Position numbers and translations under genes: made by a program | Shown here: one piece after another, positions 52,937 to 61,800 of the stretch | Layout of the letters: each line of letters begins with the position of its first letter | Position numbering within the stretch: the first letter of the stretch is position 1 | Notes under the pieces: model-generated | Told to the model about the DNA's origin: nothing | Seen by the model: the letters and a program-made list of their open reading frames with translations, nothing else | The model's database searches: none | From: Bacilli bacterium | GTDB taxonomy: Bacteria > Bacillota_I > Bacilli_A > RFN20 > CAG-288 | Assembly (NCBI GenBank): GCA_900770925.1 | Contig: CAAGLY010000002.1 | Coordinates: 18,942 to 82,941, forward strand | Length of the DNA: 64,000 nucleotides | Direction: 5' to 3'

Positions 52937-54796
52937 TTACTTTGATTTACTGGCAACACCGCCATCAAGACGGGAACCGGTACTCCACTGAACGATTAAA
53001 TTTGCGGCTAAGACGAAGATGATGATGATAAGGTTACAGGCAGAAGACCTTGCCGGAACACCGATTTCATCGTAGTGGTTCCTAGCTAATGTCAGTAACG
53101 AAGTGGAATCGGTGGATAACCTGACGAAGAGCGAGAGCTCACGAGTGCAGGTGATAAGCGGAAGTGTGTAGCCGGAGATGAAGGAAGACTTCTGAATCGG
53201 GATGATGATCTTGCCCCTGCGCTTTGGCCAGGAAGCATTCTGGATGATAGCGGCTTCCTCGATTTCACCGGAGAGCTGACTCCTGGCATTGAGAGAGGAA
53301 CGGGAAGAGAACGGGATGTATTTGATGGTACCGACGAGAACAAAGAGCATGGTTGTACCCCTGATGTTCCTCTTTCCGCCGAGGACGGCGAAGGCGGCAC
53401 CAAAGCCAATAGACGGAAGCAGATAAGGAATGAAGGCCATTGCGTTAACGTATTGAGCAAACCGGCTCTTTCGGTTCTTGCTGACTGCATAACCGATTAG
53501 GTTACCGATGGTACCGGCGCAGAGTGCACAGATCAGACCTACTTTGACTGTATTACCGAACGCTTTCCATATTGTCTTGTTGTACAAGATACCGAGTTCG
53601 TTCCTGACTTGAGAGTTGGTGTTATCTTTATTTACCCACCAGATTGTTGTTAAGCCAGAAGAGAAATCGTTTGGATTCGGGAGTAATGTCTGTAAAGCGA
53701 AGGAAATAATCGGATAGATAGCGGTGCATGCGGTAAGGATGATGAGGATGGCGGCAGCAACCCAACGTCCGATTTTGCCGAGGTTGACCGGCTCAACCTG
53801 GCCGGCCTTTCCGGTAACGGTCGTATACTGCTTACGGCTACGGCTTGACCTTGTATTGAAGAAGAGAATGATTAAGCCGATAAATGTCCTGACTAAGGCG
53901 ATAACAGCTGCCATAGAAGGATAGTCTTTTTTGTTTAGCCTATACTGAACGGCGAGGCTGTCATAGTGGAGATAGTACGGAATCGGGTAGGAACCGATAG
54001 CATTGGAGAAGACAAGCAAGATAGTAGAGAGGATAGCAGGGGTAATCCTAGGAATGGTGACACGGAGGAAGATCTTCCACTTCGGAGTATTGAGAATCGT
54101 AGCGGCTTCCTCGAGGTTGGAATCCCTGTTTTTAAAGACATTACCGATCATCCTGTAGGCGAAGGCAGCGTAGTGGATACCAAGGATGAGAGATGTCGGG
54201 AAGAGACCTTCCGTAAACCAGGACGGACAATGAATGCCCCAGTTTGCAAGGATACCATTGGTTTCTCCTTTGTTCTGTCCTGACCAGAAGAGATATTTCC
54301 AGACAATTGCAAGAGTCCATTGCGGCCTGATGTAAGGGAAAATGAAGATAGTGGAAATATAGGATTTGCAGGGCCTATTCGTTCGGGTTACCAGATAAGC
54401 CGCAACACCGCCGAAGAGTAAAGCGAAGATACAGGAAAGCACACCGGTAATCAGAGAACGGCCAAGAGGAACCCAGAAGACGACTTCGGATAAACCGAGG
54501 AAATTCTGGTTTAAAGCGGCAAGCCATCCGAATGGATAAGTTGTCCCGACCTTTTTTTCAGAAAAGATGCTTTCGAATCCGGCGTGGATGGTAAAGGAAT
54601 CCGTTATTAACGAAATCATAGGCGCAATAATGCCTAAAGTTAATAGGATACCGAAGACAATAAGAATGATATGGTCCGGCTTTTCACAATAAGTGGCAAT
54701 CTGGTTGAAGATTTTACGGCCAGTGCTGATGTCACCTTTCTCTTTCGGATGCGGAGCAGGATTCTTTTTTACATTAGTGATATTTATTTCTGCCAT
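52937..54796 (-). CDS. fused two-domain ABC transporter permease
   Basis: The 619-aa protein has about 12 TM segments and two EAA loops (EEAATILNTPKWKIFLRVTIP and EIEEAAIIQNASWPKRRGK). The architecture resembles FbpB, ThiP and Mycoplasma p69 permeases. Confidence 0.7.
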   Translation of the reverse strand: MAEINITNVKKNPAPHPKEKGDISTGRKIFNQIATYCEKPDHIILIVFGILLTLGIIAPMISLITDSFTIHAGFESIFSEKKVGTTYPFGWLAALNQNFLGLSEVVFWVPLGRSLITGVLSCIFALLFGGVAAYLVTRTNRPCKSYISTIFIFPYIRPQWTLAIVWKYLFWSGQNKGETNGILANWGIHCPSWFTEGLFPTSLILGIHYAAFAYRMIGNVFKNRDSNLEEAATILNTPKWKIFLRVTIPRITPAILSTILLVFSNAIGSYPIPYYLHYDSLAVQYRLNKKDYPSMAAVIALVRTFIGLIILFFNTRSSRSRKQYTTVTGKAGQVEPVNLGKIGRWVAAAILIILTACTAIYPIISFALQTLLPNPNDFSSGLTTIWWVNKDNTNSQVRNELGILYNKTIWKAFGNTVKVGLICALCAGTIGNLIGYAVSKNRKSRFAQYVNAMAFIPYLLPSIGFGAAFAVLGGKRNIRGTTMLFVLVGTIKYIPFSSRSSLNARSQLSGEIEEAAIIQNASWPKRRGKIIIPIQKSSFISGYTLPLITCTRELSLFVRLSTDSTSLLTLARNHYDEIGVPARSSACNLIIIIFVLAANLIVQWSTGSRLDGGVASKSK

Positions 54797-54841
54797 AGAG
54801 GTATTCTCCTGTGACCAATAAACAGATGGTTTTTAATAAAG

Positions 54842-54871
54842 AATAGCGAGATGACGGACCATCTCGCTATT
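54842..54871 (-). terminator. intra-operon hairpin (attenuator or terminator) between the SBP and permease genes
   Basis: The stem AATAGCGAGATG-ACGGACC-CATCTCGCTATT is a perfect 12 bp. It is followed on the minus strand by a weak T-tract. Confidence 0.45.
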
Positions 54872-54897
54872 CTGATAGACAGACTAGAAAGCTAGGT

Positions 54898-56319
54898 TTA
54901 CTTTGTCTTTAAAGTGGTGAACCAAGCGGCAAGACCGGCATGAGCAGAGGAATATTCAGGCTCTTCTTCGACTAATTTATCCTTCCAATAACTCCAGCCC
55001 TTATCGTTCCTGGTCTTTGCTTCAATGACTTTATCGACCTCCTTGGTTTCCGGATTATAGATCTTCCATCCTTTACCGCTTTCGGAATGATCGATTCCGA
55101 CAGTGGAATTGATTGGGTAGCAGCCCATATCTTTACCCCAAGCATAGAAACCGTCCTTGGTGCAGGTAATGAAGTGGCTGAAGGCACAGGCAGCATACGG
55201 ATACTTAGCGTTCTTGAAGATCTGGCAATAATGCTTGTAGGAATATCCGCCAACACCGATATAGTCCGTGTTGTATGCGACGACATCGACGTTATTGACG
55301 GAAGCATCCTTGGATTCTTTGATCTTACGGAGCTTAGAATAGACGAGTAATCCGTTCTTTCCGGCATTGTTCTTGTTGGATAAAGCAGTCCTAATCGGGC
55401 CGTCATCGTTGTTATAAGAGTTGTTCTCAACAACTAACTTATCCCAAGCAAGAGCATATTCTCCGTCAGTGGAATCGACTTTGTATAACTTAGCAATCTT
55501 CTTATCACGGACATACTTGAGAGCTTCGTCAGCAGCCTTCTTTAAATCTCCTGCAGGAAGAGCATCATAAGCTTTCTTGACAACACTTGCATGTTCCTGT
55601 TTGGTTAACCTGATTAAGAAGTTACGGCCGACCGTTTCGTTACGGAAGTCCATGAACTCGAAGCCTTTAGTGGTGAATTCCCACCTATTAGTGACTTGCT
55701 TGCCATCGGCATTGTTGTGCCTGAAGACCTTGGCATTACGTTCCCTGCCTAACGGGCTATAGCTTTCGCCCGGAGCGGCTTCTTTGTATTCCTTCGGAAC
55801 GAAGTTGAGAAGATGTCCGGTCTCGATTTCCTTAGCCTGAAGGTCATTGGCGTTCTGGATTAAAGTCCTGTTGAACAGATTGGCGCCTTTGATATCGGCA
55901 TCAACGAAGTCATAGATCTGTCCGCCGGTCTGGTTCTGCCAATGGGAAGTGGCGGTAAAATTCGGCTTATAAGTCTTGAAATCGGCATAATCCGGATTAT
56001 CGACAAAGTCTGTGTGATTTTCAGCGTACTTCTGTCCCTGTAAGCATTTGATGAAGGCGTCCATGGCAGCCTGACCACGAGAAGTGTTTCCACATGCATA
56101 CCATTCCTGACCGTCTAACTCATCCCTTGCTTTCTTATAGAGATCTTTCCAGCTTAAGGTTTCTGCATCAGCGATAGCTTTTTCGACGCGGGTCTTTTCA
56201 ACCGGAGCTGGGCCGGCAGATGTTCCTGTCTGCTCACTGGCGGAAGTTTTTTCGCCGGCGCATCCGACTAATGTCAGCATCGAAAGTGCAGTCAAACTCA
56301 AAGAAACTAACTTCTTCAT
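54898..56319 (-). CDS. ABC transporter substrate-binding lipoprotein
   Basis: The signal peptide carries a lipobox (LSMLTLVGC). It is followed by a Gly/Ser/Thr/Ala-rich linker. The gene is the first in an operon with the fused permease and the ATPase. Confidence 0.7.
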   Translation of the reverse strand: MKKLVSLSLTALSMLTLVGCAGEKTSASEQTGTSAGPAPVEKTRVEKAIADAETLSWKDLYKKARDELDGQEWYACGNTSRGQAAMDAFIKCLQGQKYAENHTDFVDNPDYADFKTYKPNFTATSHWQNQTGGQIYDFVDADIKGANLFNRTLIQNANDLQAKEIETGHLLNFVPKEYKEAAPGESYSPLGRERNAKVFRHNNADGKQVTNRWEFTTKGFEFMDFRNETVGRNFLIRLTKQEHASVVKKAYDALPAGDLKKAADEALKYVRDKKIAKLYKVDSTDGEYALAWDKLVVENNSYNNDDGPIRTALSNKNNAGKNGLLVYSKLRKIKESKDASVNNVDVVAYNTDYIGVGGYSYKHYCQIFKNAKYPYAACAFSHFITCTKDGFYAWGKDMGCYPINSTVGIDHSESGKGWKIYNPETKEVDKVIEAKTRNDKGWSYWKDKLVEEEPEYSSAHAGLAAWFTTLKTK

Positions 56320-56530
56320 TTTTTCTAAACCCTCCTTATTAGGTTTATGCAGGCTTGCGCCTGGAACTGAAAAATATTTTAGGATGTAACCCCTTACTTT
56401 TCAAGACTAATTGTAAAGAAGCGCATACAATTCAACACAAATGTTGTTTGCAGAGACTCAAAAAATGTCAAAAAACATGGAAATTTAAAGGAAACCCAAG
56501 CTTATTTTTACAATTTACCAAACAGAAAAT

Positions 56531-57850
56531 CTAAATTTGTTCATTTCTGACAAATAAGCAGGGAATGAACATTGTGAAGGGAATATCGTTTTTCTTTAGG
56601 TCCTTAAAGAAAGGAACGCACTGGATTTTTTCGTTCTGGATGAACATGGGGTAGATTGGGATAAGGAAAGAAGGGACTCCCTGTTTCTTTAAAAACAGAT
56701 AGACGTCCTTTTCCTTTAAATCAGTGCCTAACTGATCCCCTTTATGATAGTTCCGGATCTTAACCGGAAGTCCTTTCCTATTAAATAAAGAAGGGTCAGA
56801 TAAGTCGATCTGGAAATAAGGTGTGATATATTCTTTTTTCTGTCTGAATACGTACTCATAGGAAATCCGATTCAGATCCGAATAGAGGAAGAAGCCTTCC
56901 TTATATCGATATAGATTAAGGGTATCTGTTAGTTTTAGGACACCTGGTTTTGGATTGAGAAGAAAAGAGTACCTCTTTTTCCCTAATCCGGAAGAATAGC
57001 TGCTTTTCGGAAGCTGCTTTTCTAACAGATAGAAGCAGAACCGCTTCTTCTGCTCTTTGCTTAAGGAAGAATAATAAGAGTAAGAATAAGGAGCTTTTTT
57101 CTGACTGAACTGTAAGTAAAGAAAAGAAAGGGTGTTATTTCTTTCTTCTGCTTCCTGGATTTCCTTATCCCTGTCCTCTTCTTTGATTTCTGTCCGGATC
57201 TTATTCCGTTTCTTGTTCCTGTTGTAGTTTGTAATGTCGTCATAGAAGAGGATCTTATTCTCTTCTAGCCTTGCGGTAAGCTGCTTTTTGCTGATGGATA
57301 ACCTAGGGCGGATAATCTTCCTTCCTTGGTAATTGTTGATTTCGGATAATCCGTAGTGTAGAGGAAGATTATTTCGGATTAACTGTAATCGATAGGTTTC
57401 GATATAGTCTGTCTTCTGATGTGCGGTAAGAAGTCCTTCGTAGTGATTGTTTTTCACTAGTTTCCGAAAATAATGGTAACGGAACCGACGTGCCCAGTCT
57501 TCAAAGTTTCCGTAGTTCTTTCGATAGCGGACATCTTTTCTGAAATAAGATAATCCAAAAAAAGAGACATAGTGGAAGAAGATTCTTTCTTCTTCTTTTA
57601 CCAGGCCTGAGTCATGGTAATTGATATAGACGAGAGCAATATGGTCTTTTAAGGATTCTTTGAAATAGAAAGAAAGCTGGTAGAGGAGAAAAACCGAGTC
57701 TCCTCCGGAAGAAAACGCAAGCAGATACTTTTTTCTTTTATCGACTAATCGCTCGAGTGATGTCTGAACCGAATCTATCGGCTTAAGGCTCATACTCAAT
57801 GATAACATCCTCATATGGAATGAAGATGTTGTTTCCTTCGAAATAGACAT
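56531..57850 (-). CDS. tilS: tRNA(Ile)-lysidine synthetase
   Basis: The PP-loop reads LLAFSSGGDSVFLL. The true start is probably the internal Met at about 57793 (MSLKPIDS...), which minimises overlap with the upstream gene. Confidence 0.85.
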   Translation of the reverse strand: MSISKETTSSFHMRMLSLSMSLKPIDSVQTSLERLVDKRKKYLLAFSSGGDSVFLLYQLSFYFKESLKDHIALVYINYHDSGLVKEEERIFFHYVSFFGLSYFRKDVRYRKNYGNFEDWARRFRYHYFRKLVKNNHYEGLLTAHQKTDYIETYRLQLIRNNLPLHYGLSEINNYQGRKIIRPRLSISKKQLTARLEENKILFYDDITNYNRNKKRNKIRTEIKEEDRDKEIQEAEERNNTLSFLYLQFSQKKAPYSYSYYSSLSKEQKKRFCFYLLEKQLPKSSYSSGLGKKRYSFLLNPKPGVLKLTDTLNLYRYKEGFFLYSDLNRISYEYVFRQKKEYITPYFQIDLSDPSLFNRKGLPVKIRNYHKGDQLGTDLKEKDVYLFLKKQGVPSFLIPIYPMFIQNEKIQCVPFFKDLKKNDIPFTMFIPCLFVRNEQI

Positions 57851-58100
57851 CGGCGTAGTCCTGGTCTTTGATATTATTGTTTTCCTGAGCGAGACCTTTA
57901 TACTTTTCGATGATCTCCGCTTCCTTTGCTTTAAGAGAATGGTTCTTCTGAATCTGATAAGAGGAGAGAATCACCATTACAGCTAAAAGAACAACACAGA
58001 AAATCCTGACGGAAATATAGATAATCGACCTTGCTTTCTTTGTGGAATGATTAGTTCCTTCCGTCTTTTTGATCATTCTGTTTCTCCTCCAGAATCTCAT
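57783..58100 (-). CDS. septum-formation initiator-like small membrane protein (DivIC/FtsL family), tentative
   Basis: There is a single TM helix (IIYISVRIFCVVLLAVMVIL) followed by a coiled-coil (LKAKEAEIIEKYKGLAQENNNIK). Its position between the S4 (yabO-like) gene and tilS mirrors yabO...divIC...tilS in Bacillus. Confidence 0.45.
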   Translation of the reverse strand: MRFWRRNRMIKKTEGTNHSTKKARSIIYISVRIFCVVLLAVMVILSSYQIQKNHSLKAKEAEIIEKYKGLAQENNNIKDQDYADVYFEGNNIFIPYEDVIIEYEP

Positions 58101-58329
58101 ACCTCATATCAGCATCGTCAATCTTAGAGACCATGCGGATCTCTTTGATTCTGGCACGGACGCTCTTACCGACCGGTGAAGATATCTCGATGGTATCATC
58201 AAGCTTGACTTCATTAGAGGGCTTAGCTATTTTTCCGTTCAGTCTAACATAGCCTTTATCGATGAATTCCTTCGCCGCATTACGTCGTTTGATTAAGCGG
58301 CTGACTTTCAGATATTTATCTAATCTCAT
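58051..58329 (-). CDS. S4-domain RNA-binding protein (YabO/Hsp15-like)
   Basis: The N-terminus reads MRLDKYLKVSRLIKRRNAAKEFIDKGYVRLNGKIAKPS, the S4 signature. Confidence 0.75.
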   Translation of the reverse strand: MRLDKYLKVSRLIKRRNAAKEFIDKGYVRLNGKIAKPSNEVKLDDTIEISSPVGKSVRARIKEIRMVSKIDDADMRYEILEEKQNDQKDGRN

Positions 58330-58671
58330 CGTTGTTTCCTATCTCTTCTATTATCGTTTTTTCTATGGAAAAAGGAAAGATAGGAAAATGAGAAAATTAT
58401 TCATTGCTGTTTTTTCCTTTTGATCTGGGCACAAAAAACAGAAGCATAAAAAGTCCGGCTTTTACCCGCTTAGAATACCTAGTCAAGAAAAAAATAAAAA
58501 AATATATGGGGATAATAAAAAAGCCATTTCATTTGACTAAAAATACGATGGCCACGATAAAAATCACTATTACTTGGTAGCGCTTACCATTTTTAAAAAT
58601 AGAAATGCCGTCCGGATTTTCGATTTCCTGACCTTATAATGTTCCTGTCATCGCGAGATGACTTTATCGTT

Positions 58672-58742
58672 TCTATTCGTATAATTACCCAGATTGGTGG
58701 GAAGTCTCTACGCTGTGGACCGCAAATCCAGCACTACGAATA
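58672..58742 (+). promoter_or_regulatory. purine riboswitch aptamer, guanine class (C at the specificity position)
   Basis: P1 is UUCGUA/UACGAA. J1-2 is UAUAAU. P2/L2 is CCCA-GAUUGG-UGGG. J2-3 is AAGUCUCUAC. L3 is ACCGCAAAU. J3-1 is ACUA. These match the xpt-type consensus. It lies about 95 nt upstream of the BMP nucleoside ABC operon, and a possible TATAAT sits at about 58635. Confidence 0.75.
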
Positions 58743-58835
58743 AAAAACAATCAATCATCTTTTTTCATTTTTTATTTAAAAAAGAGATTTTCATCCGTTC
58801 TTGGTAATCAAAGGCCAAAAAGGAGAAAATTCAAA

Positions 58836-60179
58836 ATGAAAAAAGGTCTTAAGTTTGCTGGTCTGGCTCTTTTATCTGTTTTAGCAAGGACGGGATGCAC
58901 AAAAGGCGGAGATTCTACTGCTACTGCTGGAAGCGAGAAACCTGCAAGCACGCTTAAAGTCGGCTTAATCTGTGTCGGTGATGAGACTGAGACCTACTCC
59001 AAGGCCCACATTGATGGAATCAAGGCAGCTGCTGCTAAGCTTGGAGCTACTGTCATTTATAAAAACTCTGTTCCAGAAGGAACCCAGGTTGTTGATGCCT
59101 GCACGGAATTAAAAGAAGCTGGCGCACAGCTTATTTTCACCAACTCCTATGGCCATCAGGATTATGCCTGTGCTTTTGCTAAAGATAATCTGGATCTTAC
59201 CATTGTCGCTGATACTGGTGATTATGCTGCTATCTCTGGACTTTCCAATCTCAAGAATGCTTTCACCAACATCTATGAAGCACGTTATGTCTCCGGTGTT
59301 GTCGCTGGAAGGAAACTGAAAGAGCTCAATGCTGCTGGAAAGATTGAAGCTTCTAGCAAGGATGCTGCTGGAAACATCAAGATCGGCTACGTTGGTGCCT
59401 ATAACTATGCTGAAGTCGTTTCTGGATACACTGCTTTCTATCTTGGTGTCAAGGAAGGCTTCGAAGCAGATAATGTTGTCAGGGAAGTCAAATATACCAA
59501 CTCTTGGTATGATCATGATGCTGAAAATACTGCTGCCAAGTATTTAAGGTCCCAAGGCTGCGTCATCATTGGCCAGCATGCTGATTCCACTGGTGCACCG
59601 GAAGCTGTCGAAGAAGAACACAATAAAGGCAAGGAAGTCTATTCTGTTGGATACAACATTGATAGGCTTTCCAAGGCTCCGACCGCTGCATTAACCTCTT
59701 CCACGAATAACTGGGAAAAGTATTATGAGTATGCCATTGGACAGTTCAAGAAAGGCGAATCCATTGCTGTTGACTGGGCAAAAGGATATGCCGATGATGC
59801 TGTTGGTATCACTACTCTTGGTCCGAATGTTGCTGAAGGAACCAAGGCTAAGGTTGATTCCCTTGTCGCTGAAATCAAAGCTGGCACCAAGCATGTCTTT
59901 GATACCTCTAAGTTCACCATCACCGGTGCTAACAAGGACAACATCAACAATGCCGGTGCCACTATTGATGAAGCAACCGGACATGTCACTAAGAACAGGG
60001 TTGACTTCTCTTACAAAGATTGGACCCAGGGCGGAAAGGTCATCTATCAGGGTGAGACTGTCGACACTGTCAAGAAGAGCGGCGATGTCAGCTACGTCGA
60101 AGAATCTGTCAAACGTTCTGCTCCTTACTTTGCTCTTCGTATTGATGGTATTAAGGAAACTGCCGTTGATGCCAAGTAG
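58836..60179 (+). CDS. BMP-family (PnrA/TmpC/Med-like) nucleoside ABC transporter substrate-binding lipoprotein
   Basis: The signal peptide carries a lipobox (LARTGC). The region VGLICVGDETETYSKAHIDG...AQLIFTNSYGHQ is typical of BMP/PnrA. The RBS is AAAGGAGAAAA. Confidence 0.85.
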   Translation: MKKGLKFAGLALLSVLARTGCTKGGDSTATAGSEKPASTLKVGLICVGDETETYSKAHIDGIKAAAAKLGATVIYKNSVPEGTQVVDACTELKEAGAQLIFTNSYGHQDYACAFAKDNLDLTIVADTGDYAAISGLSNLKNAFTNIYEARYVSGVVAGRKLKELNAAGKIEASSKDAAGNIKIGYVGAYNYAEVVSGYTAFYLGVKEGFEADNVVREVKYTNSWYDHDAENTAAKYLRSQGCVIIGQHADSTGAPEAVEEEHNKGKEVYSVGYNIDRLSKAPTAALTSSTNNWEKYYEYAIGQFKKGESIAVDWAKGYADDAVGITTLGPNVAEGTKAKVDSLVAEIKAGTKHVFDTSKFTITGANKDNINNAGATIDEATGHVTKNRVDFSYKDWTQGGKVIYQGETVDTVKKSGDVSYVEESVKRSAPYFALRIDGIKETAVDAK

Positions 60180-60231
60180 TCTTTCCACGAAGGAATTCTA
60201 AAAATCACAGGGAGGGCTATACCCTCCCTGT

Positions 60232-61800
60232 TTGCCGTTTATGAAAGGTATGAAAAATATGGGTGAAACAGCAATTCAGAGGATTTCAATCAGCAAACGC
60301 TTCGGTAAGACAATCGCAAACGAAAACGTGAATCTAAGTATTGAGAAAGGCGAAATCCTTTCTTTATTAGGCGAAAACGGCTCTGGAAAGACAACCTTAA
60401 GGAACATGCTTTCCGGAATCTATTATCCTGACTCGGGTGAAATTTATGTCGATGGAAAGAGAGTGGTGATTTCTTCTCCGAAGGATGCTTTTGATCTTGG
60501 TATTGGAAGGGTTCATCAGCATTTTAAGCTGATCGATGTTTTTACTGCTAGCGAAAACATTGTCCTTGGCTTGAAGAACGAGCCTTTCTTCCTCAGCCGT
60601 AGAAAAATCAATAAGAAAGTCAAAGAGATTTCAAATCGATATGGATTTGATCTTGATCCCAAGAAAAAAGTCTATGAAAGGTCTGTCTCTGAAAAACAGA
60701 TTGTTGAAATCAGGAAACTTCTTTATCGTGGTGTTCATACTTTGATTCTTGACGAGCCGACCGCTGTTCTTACCCCTCAAGAAACAGAACGTTTATTCCA
60801 TATTCTTCGTGAAAGGAAGAAGGATGGAAAAACGATTATCATTATTACCCATAAGCTGAATGAAGTTCTTGAACTATCGGATCGGGTTGCTATTCTACGC
60901 AAGGGAAAACTGGTGGATAGGATTAAGACGAGTGAAGCGAACGAGAGCATCTTAACCGATGCAATGGTCGGCGAGCATGTCAAGCTTGAAATCGAGCGGG
61001 ACGAGATTTCAGCTGAGAAAAAAGAAAAAGTTCTTGAGATTTCTCATCTCTCCTGCACTGCTGAGGATGGAATCCGTTGCTTGAAAGATGTTTCCTTCTC
61101 CGCTTATTCTGGTGAGATTCTTGGTATTGCAGGTGTTTCCGGATCTGGACAGAAAGTCTTACTCGAAGCCATCTGCGGACTTCAACATGCCGATAATGGA
61201 AGCAAGATTCTCTTCACAGACCATCAAAACATTACAGAAGATTTGATTGGAAGGACTCCGAAACAGATTAAGCACAAAGGTGTCCGTTTGGCCTTTGTTC
61301 CAGAAGATCGTTTGGGTATGGGTCTTGTTGGTGATTTCGGAAGGACTGGTAATAGGAGGTTACGCTCCTATGAAGATGGAAAGTCTCCGTTTATTAATTT
61401 CCGGAATCCGAAACATACTGCTGCGGAAGTAAAAGAAGGCCTCAATGTTCTCACTCCTTCATTGGAAACTCCTGTCCGTACTCTCTCTGGCGGAAATGTT
61501 CAAAAGGTTCTTGTCGGACGTGAGATTTCTTCTTCGCCTCGTCTCCTTCTCACTGCATATGCTACCCGTGGACTTGATATTAACACCTCTTATGCAATCT
61601 ACAACATTCTGAATGAACAGAAGAAGAAAGGTGCTGCTGTTATCTATGTCGGTGAAGACCTGGATGTTCTTCTTGCCTTATGCGATCGAATCCTTGTCTT
61701 ATGCGATGGGCAATGCACTGGCATTGTCTCCGCAAGAGACACGGATAAGAGGACGATTGGAAAGAGGATGAGCAGGAATAAGGAGAAGAACAATGACTAA
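60232..61800 (+). CDS. nucleoside/sugar ABC transporter ATP-binding protein with duplicated ATPase domains (NupA/RnsA-like)
   Basis: The N-terminal domain has Walker A (GENGSGKTT) and a signature plus Walker B (LILDEPT). The second domain has GVSGSGQ and LSGGNVQKV. Confidence 0.85.
   Translation: MPFMKGMKNMGETAIQRISISKRFGKTIANENVNLSIEKGEILSLLGENGSGKTTLRNMLSGIYYPDSGEIYVDGKRVVISSPKDAFDLGIGRVHQHFKLIDVFTASENIVLGLKNEPFFLSRRKINKKVKEISNRYGFDLDPKKKVYERSVSEKQIVEIRKLLYRGVHTLILDEPTAVLTPQETERLFHILRERKKDGKTIIIITHKLNEVLELSDRVAILRKGKLVDRIKTSEANESILTDAMVGEHVKLEIERDEISAEKKEKVLEISHLSCTAEDGIRCLKDVSFSAYSGEILGIAGVSGSGQKVLLEAICGLQHADNGSKILFTDHQNITEDLIGRTPKQIKHKGVRLAFVPEDRLGMGLVGDFGRTGNRRLRSYEDGKSPFINFRNPKHTAAEVKEGLNVLTPSLETPVRTLSGGNVQKVLVGREISSSPRLLLTAYATRGLDINTSYAIYNILNEQKKKGAAVIYVGEDLDVLLALCDRILVLCDGQCTGIVSARDTDKRTIGKRMSRNKEKNND

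Noticed and set aside
53092-54283. Several 66-132-aa ORFs on both strands within the fused permease gene
   Set aside because: These are embedded in a 619-aa CDS with two EAA loops. They have biased Ser/Arg/Pro composition typical of out-of-frame readings.
56320-56530. TPP riboswitch in the 5' UTR of the ThiB/p37-like ABC operon
   Set aside because: There is no CUGAGA or ACCUGAUC...GGAUAAUGCCAGCG core. Only a small GCAA tetraloop hairpin (CAGGCGCAAGCCTG) is present.
59109-60201. Overlapping ORFs of 135-165 aa on both strands inside the BMP lipoprotein gene
   Set aside because: These are antisense or out-of-frame readings of a high-confidence CDS. They have no RBS.
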